In this document: positions 1 to 12,327 of the stretch, in pieces
How the letters are laid out: each line of letters starts with the position of its first letter
Position numbering within the stretch: position 1 is the stretch's first letter
Assembly (NCBI GenBank): GCA_013265495.1
Contig: MU062380.1
Location: 3,411,540-3,475,539 of the forward strand
Reading direction: 5' to 3'
Source: Vicugna vicugna
Taxonomy: Eukaryota
Length of the DNA stretch: 64,000 nt
Notes under the pieces: generated by a model
Databases searched by the model: none
Told to the model about the DNA's origin: nothing
What the model saw: the letters and a program-made list of their open reading frames with translations, nothing else
Made by a program: the position numbers and the translations under genes

Positions 1-49
1 TTGGGTCCTCCTTAAAAGGTACCAGACTGGGATTCCAGTAGATCTTTGA

Positions 50-319
<270 letters not shown>

Positions 320-1108
320 TAGGCAGGGGAAGGAATAAATAGTTATTGAGCACCTTCTGATTGCCAAGGCTGGTGTTAAGTATTTACACATATTCTTTCA
401 TCTTTACCACATCACAGATCATGAAAACGGGCCAGGTAGTGTTAAATAACTTAGAAAATGTCACAGTAAATGACAGAATCAGCATTCAAACCCATATCTT
501 TCTGACTCCAAAGGTCATGCTCTTTCTATTCATCAAGCAATAAAAAACCCAACAATATGTAGATCTCTATAAATGGTGGGGAAAACATAATATATAGGCA
601 GGGTAATATGTTCTGAAAAGAGAAATGAGCTAATAGCAATTCATCTAAGACTTATATTCACCAATGGCCACCATATTTCAAATATAAGCACTGATGGATA
701 GAAAACAAATAGAACTTAGTTAATTAGTTTGACTTGGTTTATACTGCCAGCCTGGTAAACTCAGGAGATAAGCAAAGGCATAGATAATACTAAAAATAAT
801 AATAATAAAATAAGATGTAATCTATAGTATAATACACTATTACTTAATATAGTGGGTATATAATATAGTAGAATAAAATAATCATATAGTAAAAATAATA
901 CAAAGATCTCTTCTGTCCACTATTAATTGTTGCTTTATTTTTGCTCATTTAACTTACTGCTTATATTTCACAAGGTATGTTATTTTCTTTGACAGCATCT
1001 AGAAGGTATGTTAAGCAGCAGAGGCCAACTAGTTTGGCACATAAAATTAACCCCTGAGGGTTAATTGTCACTCTCATTGACACATAGTCACCCTCATATT
1101 CTCTGGAT

Positions 1109-1260
1109 CAGGATTTCTCAAAATGTGGTTCAGAGACCATTGGCATCAAAAATTCTCAGAGTGGCTTGTTTAAAATGCAGACACTCAGATACTACTCCAG
1201 CCTGGCAAAAACGATAACCTCTGGGATGCAGTGTGGAAATCACATTCATTTAAAGCATAT
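1109..1260 (+). mobile_element. MER5-like hAT-Charlie relic
   Basis: caggatttctcaaaatgtgg...cttgtttaaaatgcagac resembles the recalled MER5 consensus; degenerate. Confidence 0.55.
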
Positions 1261-1369
1261 GCCAAAATAACAAAAAATAAATTAAAGAAAAAAGCATATG
1301 CTGTGTATTATATTTGACATACATTTGACAGAGAAGCATCATTGTAGAGACAGCCAGGCAATTTCTAAG

Positions 1370-2050
1370 TGGACCCTGTGCTGGTTAGTCTCTGTGTTAG
1401 CCCCGACCCATCCATTCTCCCTTCTCTGCCATGATCTGTGCCCTGGGAGATTGACCTACATGGACTGTACCCTCCGGACTCCCTAGCCAGCTAGCTTTTG
1501 GTTGGGTTCAACCAGTGGGAGGTACTCACAGGAAATTGGAGGTCAGGTGCAAAGACATGTTGGGGTTTTTTCCCCGGTGCTTGCTCCTATTTGGGACTGC
1601 CTCCCTCTGTGATCTCAGTTCCTGTTGGGTAGCCCCAGTGGCATGCTGGAGCCAGTTTATACTGGTTTGCAAAAGCTGATGTAAGCCTCTTCCCTACTTT
1701 GTGTTCAGTGACATTGGTAGCTCAAAAATGATCGTGGTGAGAGTTTATACCCCAGAAGCCAGCAAACACTATAAATCAGAGCTTTTCATTTTTTTCTGGA
1801 ATCAATTGTTGAGTATTTATTTGCACAACACTGAGCAGCCCCCTTCTTCATGGTTCTAGCTCTTGCTGGAGTTCCATATCAATATTTCTAACCCCTATCC
1901 CACAGGCCTAAGAATGGCAATGCCTTCCCTCTATTGCTAGGCTCAGATACCTCACCATCTCTAGTCAGTTCACTTAACCTTAATCATGTCTCTGTGAGTA
2001 GTTCCTTCGGTAAAGTCTTTGGAACATTCTGCACTGGATTCTGTTTCCAG
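1370..2050 (+). mobile_element. ERVL LTR (LTR33/LTR16-like) interrupted by a DNA transposon
   Basis: LTR33-like text on both sides of the insert at 1636-1833. Subfamily uncertain. Confidence 0.5.
1636..1833. mobile_element. hAT-type non-autonomous DNA transposon (MER102/MER113-like)
   Basis: Ends cagtggcatgctgg...tgcacaacactg; 8-bp flanks ggtagccc/agcagccc match 6/8. Confidence 0.55.
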
Positions 2051-2656
2051 AATAGTCCCATAGCTACAGCAGGAACTGCCTTCCTAAAACAGAACACTGA
2101 TCCTCTCCTACCCCAGGGCAGGTCCAAGAAGAATCACCTTAGGATTGCTCTGAAATCTCAAGTCCTTGGGGCTGGAACCCTTACAGACTTTCTCACCTTC
2201 CTGCACTTACCAACCTAGGCACTGACTCTACCAGAAGCCCCTCTGGGCAGCAGTTACCTGGAGAGCAGTCATAGCAAGTGCCCGCCCTCAGCACCAGGAA
2301 ACCCAGACGGTGGCCCAGATTGTCACAGAACTGCTGGCATCCACAGATTCTAACAATTGTGTTAAAATTGTTGAAAAGCATGTGCTGTGCTTCTGTTGCA
2401 CATGTGATCAGAGGCAGCTGCAGCTTATGAACTGGAAAAATCGGGTTAGTGGCTTAGCGAGGACAGTTTGAGAGTATGTGAAGCAACCACAAGATGATTC
2501 AGGGTTATACTTCTCCCAGAGGATGGTATTATTAAATTATGAGAACAAAATCAAATCAAAAAACAAACAGTAATGCCAAGTGCAAACCAAGGAATCAAGG
2601 CTGCAAAAGCATTCGGTTCTAAAATCACCTTTTCTGCTTTTTTTTTTTCCGATTAG

Positions 2657-2824
<168 letters not shown>

Positions 2825-5038
2825 TAGACCCCTGACATTCACAGATTTAACACTTCCAGTGTCACCCTTGGAAGCAGGAGATTTAGTCATTGTCATTGTG
2901 CTAACAGGAATTGGAGGCATTTTCAGCAGATTTCAGTGAAGGAGTAAATAACCTAGCTAGTGGGAGGTCCAGGCCAGACGCTCCACACTCACCCTGCAAC
3001 ACAGCTCAGTTCTCTAGAGTATTCACAGTAACTCTCCTAGTTTCTTCCTGGACAATGTATCCCCAAAAGAAAACCAACTGCTAATGTTAGTGATGGAGAG
3101 ATGAGGAAGGAGCATTTTTGGATTTGGAAAGTTCTCTGTCCTGCTCATAAACACCAAGAGTCCCCTTGCTCTGGCTGCCCACTCCAGGGCCTCCACTCCT
3201 GGCTGTTTTTAGCAGTGATGGAGCAGACAGCCCTCTTCTAAAGTTACTCAATGTTCAGTGCTTGAATTTAAACCAAAGAAATTCTGGAGTATGAACTCGG
3301 TCATATTTTTTTACTCAATCAGGGGGCTACAAATAGCTTACAGTGCAGGCCCCTAAGTCCCCACATTCTTGATCAAGTGCTAGTTCTGAGATCCTGGGGG
3401 AAAATTCACTTTGCATAATAGATTAACTGAACCCACAAGCTGGAGAGATAATTAGAGCAGAAGCCAGAGAACCAGAGACAGAAACCTGAGCCAGTTCAGC
3501 TTACCTCAAGGGGCCCAAAACTACCTTTCTGAAGAGCAGAGACTCAGTAAAATCAAAAGGGAAAAGAAACTGAGGCATCACACCCGAAGCAGCAAGAGAA
3601 AGGATCCTGAGACACTGATAGAGCTTTATTTGAGCCTCACTACCTTTCCCTCAACAGTTTCAGATCATTTCTCGTGACAGATGGAGAAGTGCTCATTCTC
3701 ACAGCATTAAGGGTTTTTTGACTTGCGTTTCGACAAGTCCAGTCTCCTCTGTACTGCTGCTATAGCTGTTTTCCCCAGATTCAGACCTGAGCGTTCTATC
3801 ACTGCGTTAGAAAATCTTTGCAGGCTCCCTGTGGCTTAGGATTAAGTCTGAGCTCTGAAGCGTGGTACCCGATGCTCTTCGCCATCTGGCCCTGGATTCA
3901 TTTCCCGGTACCACCTCTTGCCTGTGTCCCTTCTGCTGGTGCACTCTGGGCTTTAGCTCTCTTGCCTCTTGACAAAATCTCTCTGCATTTTGATGTCTTT
4001 CCTGTTTTCTGTGCTTAAAATGCCTTTTTCTTCATTTCCTTTCCTTCCTTTTCCTTCTTCCTTCCCTCTGTCCCTCATTACTTCTCTTTTTCTTTCTTTC
4101 TCCTTTTATTCTTCAGGACCTACTTCAAATGTCATTTCCTCTTTGAAGCTTTCTCTAATCCTCTCAGGTAGAGACAGGCACTCTGTACCCCCTTGGATCT
4201 CTGTTTATAAAGCAAGATTGTCCTTGGCACCTTGCTGTGATTAGTATTCATGTACCTGTCTCATTGCTCCTTCAGCCCCTCACACACACCCACCTCCACC
4301 ACTACCAGTAACACTAAAGGGCAAGGAACAGAGCTCAATCATTTTTTAATCCCAGACCCTCGCATGCATCTGAACGCAAACATGATCATTGATTGCCATT
4401 TAAATTGAATCTCCATCTTTCCACTGAAGGATTCTAAACTTCTTTAAAAATTATAATATTGCCCCCTAACCTACTCCCCTCTCCACTACCTCCACCTGGA
4501 CTAGTGACATAAGTGGTGTGTTTTAAGCCTGAGAATCAAGCAAAGGTAAGAAAGCAATCAGGATACCACCTGGAATCTGTGTAATTCCCCCAAAGAGAAG
4601 CACATCCTACATCTATACCAACGCTTGGATATTATTTTATTTCTATTTCCACCTTACTCTGAGCATCCCTGTGCCAAGAGCTCTCTACAGCACAGCACAG
4701 CTCTGGTCACTCTGACCTGAGGCTGGGAGGCAGGCACTGCTGGTTCTCAGACCCACAGGCTAGTATTTTCATGAAATGGGGGCTCAGCAGGGTGAAAAAG
4801 CTGCTCAGAATCCCCTCGGCTGGTGTTAATTCATTTTGCTTCAAGAACAGCCAGAGGGGAGAGTCAGATGTGTGATCATGCACCTCAGTGACAAGCCCAG
4901 ACGTCTTAGCTTGGCCTGTGTGGTTTGATCAGAAATTAGTGTCACACGAAAACCCCTTCATGTGTGGGTGGTGTGTGTCGTTGTTCGGTCACCTCCCTTT
5001 CATCGTGTCTTCGACTCTCCTTGTGCTTTCCTTCACAG

Positions 5039-5165
5039 GACCCATCCATTTTCACAGTGCTGACTGCCAAGTCTGTCCGCCCGGGAGTGGCCATCGCTGA
5101 TTTTGTCATCTTCCCACCACGATGGGGGGTTGCTGATAAGACCTTCAGGCCTCCTTATTACCACA
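5039..5165 (+). CDS. HGD: HGD exon 12 (127 nt), includes Fe ligand His335
   Basis: cacag acceptor, gtaagt donor (5166). Encodes [42 protein letters not shown] plus 1 nt. Confidence 0.98.
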
Positions 5166-5744
5166 GTAAGTCTTTCTTTTACCAAGTTCCACTTGGAAAC
5201 CAAAGGGTCAGCAAAGTGGTAAGCATGACCCATGGGGAACACTGCCAGAAGTGTTTCTGGACGCCCTGCCCTGGCTGAGGTTCAGAACCCTGCCCCCTGA
5301 GGCCTAGTGCTGCTCCCCAGACTTTGAGCTGCTTAAACACCACAACCTCTGTGGGGGTGGCAGGGGCATGTTGACTCTGAGAAGGAAACACTGCAGTGCC
5401 TACAGACCAGCTCCTCTGGCCCTGAAGAGAGGCAGAAAAGTGGGTAAAGTAGGAAGCAAGATGTTTCTTTGCATTTCAGATGTAAGGAGGGGAGGAACCA
5501 TGGGATGGTGTTGGTTATTTTGTTGTTTTGAGAAAGTTCATTATCTAAGTCTGGTTCAAGAGCCAGTAAAATGTGCCTCCTCCCATTATTTTGGGTAAAA
5601 GTAGGGTAAGGCAGACTGCAGTCCACACAAGGGGATGGGTCCTATTCTGGAAGCAGTTTCTGCAGAGCAGTTGTTGCCTAGCTGAGAACTTACCAAATCT
5701 ATTATTTTTATTTTATTAATATTATTATTACTTACAGCTAACAA

Positions 5745-5935
5745 TTATTGACCTTTTCTTATGGCTCTAAGTTCTTGAAAAGCATTAACCCATTGAATCC
5801 TCGTAACAGTTGCAAGAGATAGGTAGTATCATTATCCCCTTTTTTCCAAAAGATGAAACAGCTGGGAAGGATTAAATAACTTGCTCAAGGCAACCGATGG
5901 AGTCAGGTTTAACTGAAGGCATTCTGATGCCGGAG
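5745..5935 (-). mobile_element. MIR SINE
   Basis: aatcctcgtaacag...attatcccc...ttaaataacttgctcaagg is the MIR core, antisense. Confidence 0.7.
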
Positions 5936-6678
5936 CAGACAGTTATGAACACTAACAGATGTGCCTAGCACAGTACCCAGTGCATGATATGCATCTAATA
6001 AATATTCTATAATAAGTGAATGCGTCATCAAGAGTGAATAAGGTACCTCATGGCTGTACTTAATGAGGCTAGCCTTTTTAATTGTGCAGTAGCTGGCTGT
6101 AAATCCAACCTAAATGTCAATGCACAATTCTACTTGCTGGAGACTGCGTTTTTGTACATAGAGTTCTGGAACAGCTCCAAGGTGTATTTCAGCTGGAACA
6201 TTCTAAAAAACAAACCCCTTTCTTTAGTCAACCTCAGCACCCCGTCTCTTAGGACACACCTCGCTATGTGTACCCAGGTGTGAGGGCCTAACAGGATACA
6301 ACAGTGACTAAATGAATAAATTAGGCATCTGGAGCGAGTGGAGAACAAAGGCCCTCAGAATGAAAGGTCACTTCATAGTCAAATTCCAGCATCACCTTTT
6401 TCAGGTGAAACCATTATGGTGGAGAAAAGGATGCAACTGGGTAACACTTCAAAGATATCAGATACTTTGTGAATAGAGATGTAATAAACTGTGTCCTTTC
6501 TGAAGTGTGTCAAACCCATCACATGTCCTAACTATTCTCCTGGAAGGTAGTTCCCTAGAGGACTTGTGATCAAAGCGAGACAGTTGCTCTGGCTTATAGC
6601 CTGTACCTCACATGCAAGTCCTTGATACTTCACTATCTCACATAATTCTTATATTGAGGGTGCTCTATGTGCCTGAGA

Positions 6679-6866
6679 TAGTGGTTTTCAAATTTTAGCG
6701 TGTGTCAGTGCCACCTAGAGGGCTTGTTAAAACTCAGATTCCTGGGCCCCACCCTCAAAATTTCTGCTTGGGGAGGTCCAGGGTAGGGCCTGAGAATTTG
6801 CATTTGTAACAACTTCCCATGTGATACTGATGCAACTATTTCAGGACCCACACTTTGAGAACATTA
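6679..6866 (+). mobile_element. MER5A hAT-Charlie MITE
   Basis: agtggttttcaaa...gggcttgttaaaactcagattcctgggccccaccc...gagaatttgcattt...cactttgagaac. Confidence 0.8.
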
Positions 6867-6916
6867 AGGAATATGAAAATCACTTAGAATGCCTTTTTTA
6901 ATAAAAAGTTTTTCTC

Positions 6917-7038
6917 CAGAGTCCACTCTCAGAGAGTTTAATTAGTTGGTGTTGAGGTGGAACCTCAGATCTGCATTCTGAACTAGCAAGTCAGGGGATT
7001 CTGATGCAGGTCTACAAACACATGTTGAAAAATGCTGG
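6917..7038 (+). mobile_element. MER5B-like 3' fragment
   Basis: atctgcattctgaac...gattctgatgcagg...ttgaaaaatgctg. Confidence 0.5.
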
Positions 7039-8004
7039 CCTGGGGCTTGTCTCCCCACCCAGGTTTGCTGCTGTGCTCTAGCTCTCAACCCACTCCTTAA
7101 TTTTAGTTTGTAGTTCAAACTGCCTAAAACAAATGGCCTCATGATATGCTTCTTATAATTTTTCAAAAGACTCAAATAAGTTTGACCAGAAGATGTAGAT
7201 CTCAGAAAAGTATGGCTGCCCTGAGTTAGCTGGAAAAACCACAGAACCCCAAGTTAGAAATTATTTTTACCAGAGATATTAAAAATAATGCTTTAGCAAT
7301 AATCAAAACCTTTGCTACTTTGATGTGACTTTATAGGAGTGGAGACTTATTTCTGTAGAAATATTGCCTCCAATCATCTTAATGCACCTTAGTCAGCTGG
7401 ATTCAGCATTAATCAAAAAGGCAATGTCTACTCTCCCACTCTCCTTTGAAATATAGAAAATGATGTAGAAATGTCATCACCAACTCATTGCTACCTAAAT
7501 TCATATTCAGATCAAAGCTGAATTCTCTCTTGCTCTCTTCTTAAAATTAAGCCATGAAGGTGACCCTGAGAATACATACTAGAATCAAGGAGTGTGACAG
7601 CATATTTGTCAGGAGCAGAACTGCTTTTAAATAAAGATACTTTATGCTTACAGTTGCTTCTTTTCCTCTATTTCTGCTTCATGGAGAAACAAGCAGAGTT
7701 GTGATCTGGGTTTTACCTTTTCAGCAGGGGCCTGCAGCTGCATATTATTTTCTGGGCAGGGTGGGTATGGCTCCTTAGCCCTTTACACAAGTATTTTGGC
7801 ACTTGGCTGTACTTCACCTGTAAGGAAGAGAGGAGGGGCATTTATCATGTCTAACGTTTGGCTTTGCAAGGGTTGCCAATGCCACATCTCTCTACCCTGT
7901 CCACAGTTTGTACTCTCAGGAGACACACTACAAGTAACTTTGCAGAGGCTACTTCATACTCATCTCCATAACAGTACTTAGCACAGTGTCCAATTATATG
8001 CTGG

Positions 8005-8086
8005 CTGGCTGGATGGATAGGCAGATGGATAGGGTGGGGAACGGACAGATGAATGGATGGATGGATATATGAGCAGATGGATGGAA
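8005..8086. repeat. Degenerate (GGAT)n tract
   Basis: Repeated ggatggat/gatgga units, probably an L2-tail-derived microsatellite. Confidence 0.6.
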
Positions 8087-8732
8087 AAGCACTTAAGTTT
8101 GCTCAGGTGTTATAATTTAATGCTTGCTCTAAATAAAGGGCTTTGTTCCTATAGAAACGTAAGATTGAAAGAGTGGGAACATGGTGATTTTTGTCAAATT
8201 TTGTTGACTCCAGAAAGCACAACTAGGACGAACATACTTAACTTATATAAAAGCAAATTTCCATTTAACATGAGAGAACTTTCAGTAATATGATAGTTGG
8301 CTCTGTTGAGTAAGGAGCTTCCGTTCGCAGGAAGCATGCAGACAGAGCCCAGGAGGTAAACTGTCAGGAATGATATACAAAATGCTTCCGTATTGAGTAG
8401 AAGTAGGGATGCCTTCCAATTTTAAGATTTTCAGGTTCTAAGAAGAGAATGTCAATGAAAATACAAAGAAAAAAAATAAATCTAAGAAGCATTTTGGAGA
8501 ATGAAAGAATCAGGTGATATTAGCTTCGGATATAGAAAATAACATTTGTTAGAATATGTAGCATTTATGGATTAGTTTTTACAGAGAATAAGATTTTTTT
8601 CATACAGATTATTACATGATAATGGACACCAAGCCCAGGGTTCTTTCCCTTAAATCACCTTTCCATCAACACACACACACATACATACACACACCTCAGT
8701 TTTCTAGGCAGTAGAACTTAAGATTTCTGATA

Positions 8733-9007
8733 GACTCACAGACATAGAAAACAAATTTATGGTTGCCAGGGGGAATCGGGGTGGGAAGGGATAAATTACG
8801 AGTTTGAGATTTGCAAATATTAACTACTATATATAAAATAGATTAAAAAATAAACTTCTATATAGCACAGGGAACTATATTCAATATCTTGTAGTAACTT
8901 ATAATGAAAAAGAATATGAAAATAAATATATATGTGTATATGTATGATTGAAACATTATGCTGTACACTAGAAGTTGACACACTGTAACTATACTTCAAT
9001 TTTAAAA
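8733..9007 (+). mobile_element. 5'-truncated L1 3' UTR end in HGD intron 12
   Basis: agactcacagacatagaaaacaaa...atacttcaattttaaaa. 13-bp TSD aagatttctgata (8720-8732) / aagatctctgata (9008-9020). Confidence 0.85.
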
Positions 9008-9245
9008 AAGATCTCTGATAATGATAATCCAATGGTCACGGAGTAGAGCTTTGCCTACCAAGAATTCCACACTAAAGACTGTTTTGTGGATGTTTTTCTG
9101 TCTATCCATATTCTTCATTAATTGTATAACATTTATCAGATTCTCCTATCTTCCTGACATTCTGCAGAAATAATATTTGAGAGGTCTTGGTGTTTTATGA
9201 GCCTTGCCTTGGATAACAAAAATAATACTGTTTCAACCTTCCCAG

Positions 9246-9427
9246 GGAACTGCATGAGTGAATTCATGGGACTCATCAAAGGTCACTATGAGGCAAAGGA
9301 AGGTGGGTTCCTGCCAGGGGGAGGCAGCCTGCACAGCCCAATGACCCCCCATGGACCTGATGCCGACTGCTTTGAGAAGGCCAGCAGAGCCAAGCTGGCA
9401 CCTGAGAGGGTTGCGGATGGCACCATG
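9246..9427 (+). CDS. HGD: HGD exon 13 (182 nt), includes Fe ligands Glu341 and His371
   Basis: cccag acceptor, gtaagc donor (9428). Encodes (R)[60 protein letters not shown]. Confidence 0.98.
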
Positions 9428-9589
9428 GTAAGCAAGTTAGATGTGAGGCTCTGGTGGCCTCTGGGATCCCCAAACTTGTTGAGAGGAGTGGCAGTTTTTA
9501 TTTCTCCAAAGTCACAGAGGAGGAGTCAGGAGAGGAGTGTGTCTGTGTGTATGTTCCCATGTGTGTAGGCACACACCCCAGTGTGTACA

Positions 9590-9790
9590 CTACAGTAAAC
9601 AGGGCTTTGCACTTAGAGTCAGACATGAGTTCAAATTCTAGCTTTTAGTTCCTCTGTGACCTTGAACAAGTCACTTAACTTCTCTGCGCTTGATTTTCTC
9701 CATTTGTAGAATAGGTAGGGTATCCAACCCAGCAGGTGGCTGTGATTTAACCCTGCAGACTATCAAGCATTCTTCAAATGTAAGGGGGAC
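9590..9790 (+). mobile_element. MIR SINE
   Basis: catgagttcaaattctagc...tgtgaccttgaacaagtcacttaacttctctg. Confidence 0.75.
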
Positions 9791-11989
9791 TATTATTAAT
9801 ACTATATGAGGAGTCTTCCTTTATCTGTATGCAGCCATCTGTATATAGGTTGTGTCTTGGAGTCATCTCCTGCTTTTTGAAGTAATCCTCTAAAACCACA
9901 GTAGCAGGGGATGAAGAATGTCACCTTTACTAGTTTCTCAAGCCCAGGAGGGTCAGGAAGTCTTTGCATTGCTATAGTCAGAGCCTGTGAGTAGCAGTTC
10001 TCCGCTGTTTTCTCGTTTTATTTTGCTCTCCTTTGGCATGGGATGAAATTGATGGGATTTAAAACCTGTTTTGTATTCCTCCGGTGTCACTGTAAACACT
10101 GAGGCTGAACACACTTGCAGTTGGCTGTGGTACTTGACTTCATTTTATTTTTGCATTCTTGGACATAGAGTTTATGAACCACAAAGAGTAATTTTATGTT
10201 AAATCATATGCAAATTTGCTTTACATTTTTAAACAAATGCTTTCAATGCTACCTGACTTTAAAATCAATAGCACAGACCTGCCTGACTCCATGCCCAGCT
10301 TGCAAACTACGGAAGGAGAGAACTTAATTGTCCCTCTGCCCAATGCAGTTTCCTTTCAGTTCTAGCTCGAGGACCAGAGTTGACAGAGCTGATCTGCAGG
10401 GGGAGGGTTCAGCGAGTCCTGTCTGCTGGACCTCGGCTCCGTATCTCTTTGCAAGGACCTCTGCAGAGTTTCTGTAGAACCCCTTCATCTCTGTGACAGA
10501 GCTCCATGAGATACTGACAATCTTAAACTTTTACCTCCGAAAGTTCCTGGAGGTACACAGGCTACCCCTTAGCTACCACTTAGTAACCTTTGGTGCCCAA
10601 ATTGGCTTTGGATAGTGTTATCAGGGAGCAGTGCTCTGCAACAGTGAGGCACAGGGCACAGCTGATTTTATGAGGGGCAAGACTTTGGGAAATGTCTAGG
10701 GCTTGGAGCACTAGTGAGAAGGATCTCTCCTATGTAGGGGAGCCCAGACTACATGGTAAGGGAGGGTCCAACACTTTACCCAGGCCTAACTTCGGACCTC
10801 CCTCACCAATTCCCATCACATAATTTGGATCTGGACTCATCCATACTCCTTATCCTTATACTACTTTGGAAAAGATTAACTTTACAATACTGTCTTCATA
10901 GCTCAGCTGGGATGGGCTTTTGTTACTCCAGTCAGACAGCAAGGCTCCTAAGAAGCAGTCAGTGAAGAGATAACAATAATTACTGCCATAATAATGACCT
11001 TTGTATGTGAACAGTGCTTTATAACGTGCACAGCACCTCCATATGATCTCATCTGGTCCTCACATTAAGCCTGTCATGGGAATTCAGGCAGGGACAATCA
11101 TCTCCATTGTTCTAGGTAAAAAGAAGTTAATGTATATTAGATACCAAACATTAATGTGGGTTCTCTGGGTTGTCAAGAGAATTTTTATCTTCCTTTCATC
11201 CATCTATGTTTTTAAAATTTCCAACAATGTGAGCATATAAGAATTGTAGGCTATTTTTTTTAAGCCACAGAGGGTAGGAAAATTAGCAGGTGAAGCTAGA
11301 GTGTCTAGGATGCATGTTCTTTCTGTTGCAGACAAAACCCACCTGAACACAGTGGGACACCTGCCATTCAGACCCTTCTGGGATAGGGCTTTTAAAAGTG
11401 CTACAGCTTTTCCAGCTCCCTCCTTCCCTCCTCCTCCTCCTCCTCCTTCACTCTCCTCCAGCCCTCCTTTCCCTTCTCCCAGCCCATCTCTTGGTTAGAG
11501 TTCTGAAAAAGGAAAGTTCAAATCCCACCTCTGTGACTTCTCACTACTGTCACCTTGAACAGTCATTTCCCAGCTCTGAACTTGAGTTTCCTCTTCTGCA
11601 AAATGGGAGGTGTGTTCACCCTCACAAGGACATAACCACAGTGATAGCCCCTGAAAAGAATGTTCCTAGGACTTTCCCACCTTTGCCCTTGGATTCGGCA
11701 AATTTAGTTCCATGATGCTACAGGGACAACGCAATGCTTACATGCCAGGTTCTATTTCATAGAATGAAACCTGGGGCTCAGAGAAGTTAAGGGTCTTGCA
11801 CAAGCTATCACCCACTTACAAGTAGTAAGACCAAAGCCAGAACCCAAGGCTGGAGTTTTCTCACCATGCTAGCACACATGATTTATTATTCAAAGATTCT
11901 ACCTACCCATGTCTTCTCTCTTGACATCTAATCAAATGTGTTTTAATATCCATCTCACTTCTTTCTTGTCCCATCCTCATTTCCTATAG

Positions 11990-12139
11990 GCATTTATGTT
12001 TGAGTCTTCTCTAAGTATGGCTGTCACCAAGTGGGGGCTGAAGACCTCTAACTGTTTGGATGAGAACTACTACAAGTGCTGGGAACCTCTCAAGAGCCAC
12101 TTCACCCCAGACTCCAGGAACCCTGCAGGACCTGACTGA
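11990..12139 (+). CDS. HGD: HGD exon 14, last coding part (150 nt including TGA)
   Basis: Polypyrimidine tract plus tag acceptor (11988-11989). Manual translation: [49 protein letters not shown], matching the HGD C-terminus. Confidence 0.97.
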   Translation, partial: AFMFESSLSMAVTKWGLKTSNCLDENYYKCWEPLKSHFTPDSRNPAGPD

Positions 12140-12265
12140 GACTGGAGCACTGATACCATCATTGAGAATAGATTTGTGTGATTTCCTTTAAAAATCTCAC
12201 ACACACCCTGAGGCAGTATTGGGGGAGGGGGTTGGTTAAAATGAGGACTCACTTTTTCAAAGTCA

Positions 12266-12327
12266 AATAAATCAAACATTTATAGAAATGTATTTGGAAG
12301 GTTCTACCAGCTTAATAACTCAATAAA
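12266..12327 (+). terminator. HGD: HGD polyadenylation signals (AATAAA at 12266-12271 and 12322-12327)
   Basis: Two AATAAA hexamers 127 and 183 nt after the stop codon. The distal one is followed by a GU/U-rich tract (ttgctggttgttgtg). Confidence 0.75.

Noticed and set aside
9278-9280. HGD Lys347 versus human Arg347
   Set aside because: Conservative change, and recalled mouse HGD also has Lys.
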